From the human T2T-CHM13v2.0 reference genome, Homo sapiens: DNA of 64,000 bases. The first letter of the stretch is position 1. Every line of letters starts with the position of its first letter. A model generated the notes under the pieces. The model saw nothing but the letters and a program-made list of their open reading frames with translations. It did not search any database and was not told where the DNA came from. This document shows positions 54,606-64,000 of the stretch, piece by piece. The translations under genes were made by a program, and so were the position numbers. The DNA lies in NCBI RefSeq assembly GCF_009914755.1, contig NC_060930.1. One strand, 5' to 3'.

Positions 54606-55639
54606 AGGAAGCTTCTTTAAAGATGTGTCTATGATTTCCCAGTGACATGGATCATTTAGGATTGTAATCAACCATTGAAACTGTTAGTTAGCCAACTAAA
54701 TCTCTTATATACAAATAGAAACCTTGAATCTCATAAAATCAATACTTAATGAATACCTACTGCATGCTGAGTTCCAGAGACACATGAATAAAGGCGATGT
54801 AGGCTGTGACCTTATTATACTGGGCTGGATTCTGTGGGGTGGGACTGAGTAGAGGGGATGACTCGCTTTATCTGGGGGCATCGGGGAAGGCTTTCTAGGG
54901 GACCAGTCTGGATCTTGGAAAAAGCAGAGAGCTACTTTATGCTTTAATCTGCATTAAAATTGTCCAGTGGTAAAGCTTGATATGCTGTGTGGATGGTAAA
55001 TGTTTCTTACTTAATCAGAAAAGCATCCTAAGAGTGATGGATTCTAAATTGATTTTTACTGCAGTGGATGCATACAAAATGAATGAAGGGAATTAGTCTA
55101 TAGTTCCCCCACGCCCCTACCCTAAGAGATAGTTTGTGTGAAAGATTATACATGAGGGAGGAAACAACAGGGCCAAACCTGAAGGATGAAAACTGATTTG
55201 ACGGACTTGAGTTGAAAATAAAAACAAGCAGGACGAGGCTGCGATTGCAATGTGAAGTCAGCATGCATCTACTGTAATTTATTCAAATCCAACCAGGCCC
55301 AGAGAGCAGGCCAGGCCCCCTTCTGTCCACTCCACCTTCCACGCTACTCTTGGGTCCACACTCTGGAGAGACCATGAGATCAAACATAAGAATCCTGCAT
55401 TCCTCTGTCAGTTTCAGCTCTTCACCTGCCTCTGAAGTGTAGTAATTACGTCATGGCCCTCCAGTGCAACCACGCCCTAACAGAAGCGAGCCACTTCAGC
55501 TGCTGCATCTATTCCAATGCTGGAAGAAAAGCTATTCATGCCTATGGGCATTTGGGGCCTATAGGACCTTAATCCCTGCTTGCCCTCCCAAGCTGAGATA
55601 TAGTTACACTTCTAGAGGACAGGGAAACTTCCTGAGGGG

Positions 55640-56037
55640 TGTATTAGTGCATTCTCACACAGTTGTAAGGAAATACCTGAGACTGTGTAATTTATAAAGA
55701 AACAAGGTTTGATGAGCTCATGGTTCTGCAGGCTGTACAGGAAGCATAGCGGCTTCTGCTCCTGGGCTTCTGCCTCAGGAAACTTACAATCGTGGCAAAA
55801 GGCGAAGGAGAAGCAGGCCCGTCTTACATGGTTGGAGCAGGAGCGAGATTAGGGAGCAGATACTACGCACTATTAAATGACCAGATCTCAGATGAACTCA
55901 TACACTATCGTGAGGACAGTACTGAGGGGGAAATCCGCAGCCATGATCCAATCACCTCCCACCAGGCCCCACCTCCAACACTGGGGACCACAATTCGACG
56001 TGATATTTGGGCAGGGAAATAGGTCCAAACTGTATCA
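55640..56037 (-). mobile_element. MSTA-like MaLR solo LTR
   Basis: tgtattagtgcattctcacac...aaatacctgagactg...atccaatcacctcccaccaggccccacctcca...ccaaactgtatca. Confidence 0.9.
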
Positions 56038-56099
56038 AATGGGGGGGTTGTGTCTGGGTGGAAGTGAGTCTTTTATATATTTGGAGTGATTGAGAGAGT

Positions 56100-56560
56100 C
56101 AGAACAACAGTGTGTGCAGAGCGCTCTTGGTTGTAGAGACCAGCGACAGCAGTCCAGGTATGACGGAAATGAAAATGTTAGCCATGGCTTAGCAAAGGTC
56201 TTTTGAAAGAAACGAGTGTAGATGTTTGCTCATGGCACTATTTCTAGGGCTTAGGTCAGGGGCTCAAGGGCCATTCTCAAGGGTTTGCACCAGGATAATG
56301 GAGAGGAGGAAAAAGCCTGAGAAGTTGGCACCTTAAAATCAGCAAGACTGAAGAGTTCATTAAGTATGGGCTGCAGAGAAGAAGATGATTCAAAAATGAC
56401 TGAGAAGCTTGGGTGTTAGGATGGTGATGCCGTTTTCAGCACTGGAGAACACAGGAGACGCAGGTGGTGCATTGAGTCCTGGACGTGGTGAGTCGGAGGT
56501 GCTGCAGGGATCCCCAGACGAGCACTCACAGAAGCAAGTTGGAAGGGCAGGCTCTCCATG
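56100..56560 (-). mobile_element. L2 relic
   Basis: gatggtgatgccgttttcagcactggagaacacagg...ctggacgtggtgagtcggaggtgctgcagggatccc. Confidence 0.5.
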
Positions 56561-57052
56561 CCTGTCCCGTGGCCAGCATCATTTCTCCACTCCCTGTCAC
56601 CCTCGGAGGAAGAGTTTCATCCAAAAGCTGGGTGAGCATGCCCAGGTACAGCTAGGAAAGTGGAAAATCAGAAAGCCAGGAGAGGAAAATCAGAAGTTGA
56701 ATAAAAGGAGGATGAATTCAGGGAACACTCATCCCACACTGTCTAGCGTTACCCTTCAGGGTCCCTGCAAACCATCTAGGAAAGAGCATCACAGTGGAAC
56801 TCCCAGTCACACTTGTGAATGTGGAACCCTTCTTGGTGCCAGCAACAAGTACAGAATTACTGAGTGGCCCCTGTGCTGTGGCTTCAGCTCACTGCTCAAG
56901 GGCAGGGGCCACCTAGAGACTGAGGCCGCCTGGCTCCAGCCACTGGGGAGGTTTCCTACCCCAGCACTAAGGAGGCTGGTGGTGAGGGCTCCCAGGAAAT
57001 CAGAAAGGTCATGAAAGGAGTGGAGGTTTTGAGATTGCAAAAGAAAATTTCT

Positions 57053-57351
<299 letters not shown>

Positions 57352-58859
57352 GTTTCTAATGAAAAAGGGAGGCAAGGTCACTATGTGGAGATTAGATAAT
57401 CAAACTCTGAAACTGTTCAGCTGGGTAGAAGAAAGCAAGATCATGGATGTGACAATGTGTTGATGTTCATGCTTGTTGTCTTACCTAATGTACAGGCAGA
57501 GAATTGACAACATGGCTGTTCTTAAAATTAGGTTGAGGTTTAAGAGAACTAAGCCTGTAAGAGTGATGAAGGCTGACTTAAGCATTCCGTCTTAACTGGG
57601 ACATAGAAAACCTCGAGTCTGCTATTGACTCTGTCAGTAATTCATTATGTGGCATTATATATATAGTCTCTGTGCATTAGGGGAGAAACCGAGGTGAAAA
57701 CAGGAATTATTTCCTCAGAGCACACTGACTGCCAAGGTGTTTATACACTGCACAAGGAAGAGGAAAATAATACTTGCCACCTACCTACCCATTAGGGGTG
57801 ACGTCTGGAGAGAGGCATTCAATTTTCGGATGAACGGGTGTATGAATAGCAGCGTATCACCTGCTTCTGATCTGTCTTATTTTTGCATCAATTCACCTCC
57901 TGAGTGATAGTGGCAATGGTGCCACTTGTCCTTTGAGTCACTGATTCCATGTCTCCTCACCCAGGGCATGTGGAAGGGAAGGTTTGAGAGAAGTGAGGCC
58001 CCATTCTTTAAGGTGTGATAGAACATTACTAATTAAACACAAAAAAATATTTTTTAAGCAAAGTTACTGCATGGCTAATGTATTTTATTTATAGATCCCC
58101 GTTTCTGGGTCCTTTAAAGGAAAACTGTTATTCATGTTAGGCTGATCCTACCTTACCTATGTCACTTGCTAACTTAGTAAAGAACTCTTTTTAAAAATTC
58201 AGAGAGTGTCATATTTATTTTCCATACATCTTGTCATTTACTATATATGTTTGTAAACAAATATGTTCCATTTCTTAGGAGACATCTGGTTTCTAACTGG
58301 TTTGACTTAATAAGGTAACAGAAGTTCCATGTTCAATCTGCCTTCAAGGGTTGCATTCTCTTAGTGATTTAATGCTTCAAATAGTGTTTCATTCAAGGGC
58401 AGATTCTGATTCTCTATTTCTCTCCTCTCACCTCCTCTTTCCTTCTCAGACATGTGGGAAGTGACCCTTGCATAGAGACTCGGAAAAACTCTGAAAACAG
58501 AACACATAAAGCTTTAGGATATTTTCAATGACCCATTCCTGTTCTTTCCTTTACTTGAAAAAGTTCAGAAAGTCCAGGTCTAGGTCACATTCTAAGAGAG
58601 CTCACCCAGAGTGGACTCTGCTTAACCAAAGCCTTCAAGGGGCTCTTTCAGGCATGAGCAGGAAAATACATCCACAAGAGTCCCCGCTGCATGCAGATCC
58701 CAGGGCCATCTGCTGTGCTCTCAGAGATGCTCATTGTTGTCATTTAACTGCGAGGGCCACAGAGGGGACAACTGCAGATTCCTGCTCTACAGCTAGACTC
58801 CTGGGGCCCAATACAGGCCACAGCTCTTCGCAGCCATGAGATATGCGAGCACGCTGCCT

Positions 58860-59000
58860 AACTCATCTGTACCACCATGTTCTCGTCTGTGAAACTTGGG
58901 TATTAACAGTACTTACCTCATGGGTTTGTTTCAAGGATTGAGTCAATATTAGCAAAGCATTCAGGACACCACCTGGCACCCAGTGAGTGTGACGTAAATA
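58860..59000. mobile_element. MIR fragment
   Basis: tctgtgaaacttggg...agtacttacctcatggg...aggattgagt...aaagcattcaggacaccacctggcac. Confidence 0.7.
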
Positions 59001-61218
59001 GTAAAGAAATTGGCTTTTCCTGGCACGATGATCAAGTGATTGGTGCCCAGCAGCTCTAAGCAAACTGTCTTTGAAGGGAGAGAAGAAGCCCCAGCAGAGA
59101 TTGTTCAGAACAGCTCAACGTCATGCAGGAGTTGCTCAGCTACACCCATCTCGGGATGATGGAGACTCCAAGTGTTACGTATTTTGCAAGCTTCATAAAT
59201 CTGACCAGATATAGACAGGAGATTGTAACCTGTGCTTTTTGTTTATGAATCTTGTATTGAGTTGTTGAAGATGGTTAGGACAATTTAATGTTGCATAAAA
59301 ACCACTTCTTGTAACATCTTAATAGTGAGAATAGGAGGGTCAAGGCAAGAAAAGTGCTGAGAAAACAATCCCCCCAAAAAGTTTCTCTCTTAATTTCAAC
59401 ATCATTTTATGTATTTTTGTTGTTGTTGTTGTTGGTTTGTTTTATAGCTTTAAATGTTAGGATTACATTTTGGGGCTTATTATTCAAATCAAATATCTGG
59501 CACCATTCATTTTCTGCTTCCACATTTGAAAGACCAAATGTTCATCATTTCTGGTGTCGGTTCAGCCTCTGGCCTCCTTTCTAAGACACATTTTGTAGAG
59601 TATTAGTTTTCCCATTCATAGCACGAGAAAAATAATACATTCCTTTTTTATAATAGAAATGTGATTTGAGGTTGCTTACAGAGTAGGTAGAGGTTTAGGG
59701 GGAAAGGCTGTGTTTTGTGTGGCTCTAGGATGAATTATATGAAATAAGATAAGAGGGAAAGCTATAGTGGGTCACTTGAATACTGACCTAGTATTCAACT
59801 GTTTTTGAAAAGAAGTTCTGCTCTGCTGTAACTCCTGCTGGCCTTCCAGAAGCATCAGCTGTGTCACACCACAAGTCTTAAAGGATCTCCCTTGTTTCCA
59901 CTGCACATCTGCCCCCATGAATAAACTAAGTGGGCAACATGGTCATGGTTATGTGTTCTTAGCTACTCTGTCCTCAGTGTGTGAAATGCCCACCTTTAGG
60001 GGCGCTGTTGGGGTGAGGCATTTTAGCTCCCAAAGGATCCTATTAGAGTTTGAAGGCCCTGAGACCAGACAGCCACACTGCACAGAGGGGCAGCCTGGAC
60101 CCACGGGACATGAGATGAGTTAATCCACAGTTAGCCAAGAGGTTACCGCAGAGGTAGATATTCACTTATTCAAAATTTAAGTGCCTACTATGTGCAAGGC
60201 AGAAATCTGCGTCTACTTTCTCCTCATCAGCAAAAGTAGTTCTACTTTTGTTTTTGGTTTTTCTTTTTAAGAAAAAAAAAATACTGTGGACTTCTGTATA
60301 ATACTCATTTTAGCCAAAGAATTCTGCAACTGAAGAGTTTGAGTCAGTCTCCATGGCATCCCTGGATGAGTTCTGGTCATGAAGGAGCTCAAATGATCCT
60401 TGTCAGCCGGGGGAATAAGCTAGACCCAGGCCCTCCCATGCCTGGCCTCATTCCTTTTTCAAGGGAACAATGCCATACCTCACTAGACCCTAGCTATACA
60501 TTCCTCCAGCCAAATGCCAGGAAGCATCTGACCATGAGACTTTAAGAGCAAAATGTTGCTTAAAGAAAAAAATGGGAGCTGTTCTAAATTCAAGAGCTAT
60601 TAGATATACTCTTCCATTTTCTATGGTCAAAGTCATAACATAACAACATCACTACAAATTTAAGAAATAGCTACAGTTAATTCAGTAGATATTGTAGTGA
60701 ATGAATGCCTGAAATATGGTTTGAGGGTCACATATTTAACCTCATCAAACCTCAATTTATTCATCAAAAAATAGAAGTGATCATTATTTTGTTGTGAAGA
60801 ACAAATATTATAAAGGACCTTATAAACCATAAAGCATTATACATAGTTTATCCTTCTCTTTTCCATTCCTTAAGCAGGACTGTCAGTGCAATTGCCTTAT
60901 ATTTTAGTGCTATGGAGTACCCTTATCTTTTTGCTAAATATTACAAATCCTTTTGCTTACAAATTAGTCTGTCACTTCTATTCGATGGATTATCTGTCTA
61001 CCTCGGGGCTTCTGTGATGCACAGAGTCATGGGCTCACTCTCTTTGGCTCATCTTGTAGGTTTGCAATCACTCTTACAACTGTCACTTCCAGCCGATCCA
61101 GGACTGCTGCGGCCTCTCTGCTCTGAAATACACCTAGTATGTGAATTTCACATCACTTCTCAGTCATAAAACAGACCCATCAGAAGCTCATTTTCCTAAG
61201 TTTATTTTAAATTTATAG

Positions 61219-61544
<326 letters not shown>

Positions 61545-61863
61545 GGTGATCTTTTTATCTTTCTCTTTTTTCTTTTCACTTGCTGCTATTCTATACATGC
61601 GGAGGAGTTTTTGGAAGGAAAAGAGGGCGCCTTATTAATGGTCATTTTCTACTAATGGTGATTTTGATACTATTAGATACCTACTATGGGCATTGAAATT
61701 GGTCTCTAGTTCCATTGAGAAGAGTAGAAAAATTTCTAGTATAAGTACATTCATAATGTTTAGATAATATCTTGAGAAAAAAATAGACAAATTCACAAGT
61801 TCTTCTTTGACTTGATAGATTTCTGAGTTCTCGTGTTTGTCCATCTTCATTCTGCTTTAACGC

Positions 61864-61867
<4 letters not shown>

Positions 61868-61899
<32 letters not shown>
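61868..61899. repeat. (AC)16 microsatellite
   Basis: Perfect dinucleotide run. Confidence 0.97.
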
Positions 61900-61901
<2 letters not shown>

Positions 61902-61938
61902 CCTTTTCTATTTGTTCAGCTTTACTGAGATGTAATTG

Positions 61939-62349
61939 TGCTATAGTTGGTTTGTGTGACCCCTCCGAATCGCATGTTGAAATTTGATCCCCACTGTTAG
62001 AGGTGGAGCCTACCGGGCGGTGTTTGGGTGGTACAGGCAGATCCCTCGCGAATGGCTTGGTGCCCTGCCCATGGTAATGGGTGAGTTCTCACCCTGCTGT
62101 TCCCACAAGAGCTGTTTGTTTAAAAAAGCCTGGCACCTCCCCCTCGCTCTCTCGCTTCCTCTCTTGCCACATGATCCCTTCGCAACAGCTCCCCTTCGAC
62201 TTCCACTGTGACCAGATGCAGCCCCAGAAGTAGACACTGGTGCCACGCTTCCTGTGTAGCCTGCAGAATCGGAAGACAAAAAACCCCTTTCCTTCATAAA
62301 TTACCCAACCTCAGGTATTATTTTATAGCAACACAAGTGGACTAAGACA
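61939..62349 (+). mobile_element. MSTB-like MaLR solo LTR
   Basis: tgctatagttgg...atagcaacacaagtggactaagaca; perfect 5-bp TSD AATTG (61934-61938 and 62350-62354). Confidence 0.9.
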
Positions 62350-62518
62350 AATTGGTATATGAAAACCACACATAATTAATGTGTACAATTTGGTGAGTTT
62401 GGAGGTATACATACATTTATGTTACCATCACCACAACAAGGAGACAGACACATCCATCATCTCCAGAAGTTTCCTTTTGCGTGTCTGTGTGAGGGAAGAA
62501 AACTTAACATAAGACTAC

Positions 62519-63120
62519 TGATACAGCTCCGAAGACTGGAGAAACACCAGGGTCCTTTGTCTCATGCCAATGCTATTAACGACAAGGACACCCGTGGAGT
62601 GGTTTTAAGGAGCGGAGAGTTTAACAGGCAAGAAACAAGAAAGAAGAAAACAGCTCCCCGGTACAGAAGGAGCTGGGCTCCTAACGGAGAAAAACCCCGT
62701 GTGCCCAGGAAAAACAGTTGTTTATACCTGGAGGCTGGAGGAGGCGGTGTCTGATTTGCTTAGGGCCCAGGGGATTGGCTTGACCAGGTGTGTCATTCAC
62801 ATAGCCAACCTGGTCCTCCCACCCTAGCCTTTTAATATGCAAATGCGGGTCGGCATGATGTCCTGCACACGTGGTGTTATTTGGAGGCAGCCATGACAGC
62901 TGTGGTGACAAGGAGAAGAGGGCGGGAACCGCCATGTCGGGTGGACCTGGTTTTTAGCTGCTGGCATTTACATATCAATGTTGCCAGCCTGGTTTTTCAA
63001 GCTGCTTTCTGTTAGAAAGGAAATGGTTTGGGGGGTCGCTTTTTATTATAGGAAAATTCCACCAAGAACTCTCACCCTTTCTAGCTGCCTAAAAATTATT
63101 TCTTAATAACTCCTATATTA
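62519..63120 (-). mobile_element. LTR9-like (HUERS-P3 group) ERV1 solo LTR
   Basis: Reverse strand begins taatataggagttattaagaaataatttttaggcagctag and ends ...gtatca; perfect 4-bp TSD CTAC (62515-62518 and 63121-63124). Confidence 0.75.
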
Positions 63121-64000
63121 CTACCCTCCTAACAGAATTTTAAGTGCACAATACCTTATCGTTAACTCTAGGCACCGTGTTGTACAGGAGATCTCTGGAA
63201 CTTATCTTGTGTAACTGTAATTTGATAATCCATTGAACAGCAACTCTGCATATGCCCCCTCTCCATCTGCTAGTAACCAGCGTTCTATTGTCTACTTCTG
63301 TACATCTGACTATTTTTAGATGCTCCATATAAGAGGAATCACTCAGTATTTCTTCTTCTCTGACTATTTCACCTAGCATAATGTCTTCCAGATCTGTCCG
63401 TGTTGTCACAAATGGTAGTATTTCCTTCTTTTTAAAGCCAGGATAGTATTCTACTATATGCATATACCACATTTCATTCATCAGTGGACAATTGGGTTGC
63501 TTGCACATCTTGGCCACTGTGAAGGATGCTGCAGGGAACATGGGAGTGCAGATGTTTCTTCGAGATCACAATTTCAGTTCTTTTGGGTATATACCCAGCA
63601 GTAAGATTGCCTGCTTATATGGTATTCTATTTTAATTTTTTGAGGAACCTCCATGCTGCTTTCCATAGTGGCAGCAGTATGTATTCTTTGGAGAAATGTC
63701 TATTCAAGTCCTTTGCATGTTGTAATTGTGTTTTTTGGGAGTTTTCACTAGTGAGTTGTAGGAGCTCTTTGTATATTTCAGAAATTAACTCCTTATCACA
63801 TACATGGTTTGCAAATATGTTCTCCCATTGCATAGGTGGCCTTTCCACTCTGTTGATTGTTTCCTTTGCTGTGCAGAAATTGATGCTGGGGGAAAAAGGG
63901 GATTTGAAGTATAGGCCAACTTCAGAACAATTTGACCAGGACTTGCTAAGTTTTTTTTTAAATTAGGAAAATACATAGAATGTGACTTAAAAAAATAATC

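Larger units (their letters stand above)
61900..63885 (-). mobile_element. L1MA-type 3' fragment, antisense, interrupted by two LTRs
   Basis: Minus-strand ORF2 C-terminal remnants (KQPNCPLMNEMWYMH...; [22 protein letters not shown]); sequence rejoins across both LTRs. Confidence 0.85.

Noticed and set aside
59990-60010. CTCF-like site (cctttaggggcgctg)
   Set aside because: Only the 3' half matches the consensus; spacing in the core is wrong.

Overview
Primate (most likely human) genomic DNA lying entirely inside the PACRG (Parkin co-regulated) gene, which is transcribed on the + strand. Only two protein-coding exons are present: 1731-1902 (172 nt) and 28841-28990 (150 nt), joined in frame across a ~26.9 kb GT-AG intron. 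The rest is intron, dominated by interspersed repeats: a large L1MA-type LINE, older L1/L2/MIR relics, eight Alus, and solo LTRs (MER4A1, MER4E-like, MER41A, LTR9-like, MST, MLT1), several with visible target-site duplications. Almost all ORFs in the supplied track are repeat-derived or chance. I see no new multi-gene system. The best unexplained structures are: a ~400 bp fold-back palindrome (26155-26555) next to a 33-bp purine-rich minisatellite apparently derived from an L2, just upstream of the second exon; a second non-Alu inverted duplication with a 47-bp perfect core (47223-48530); an intronic CpG-rich island (~39380-40215); a candidate 9-nt in-frame microexon (50960-50968); and small templated or collapsed insertions inside LTRs. 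Repeat subfamily names are from recalled consensus sequences and need RepeatMasker/Dfam confirmation. Boundaries of old repeats are approximate.
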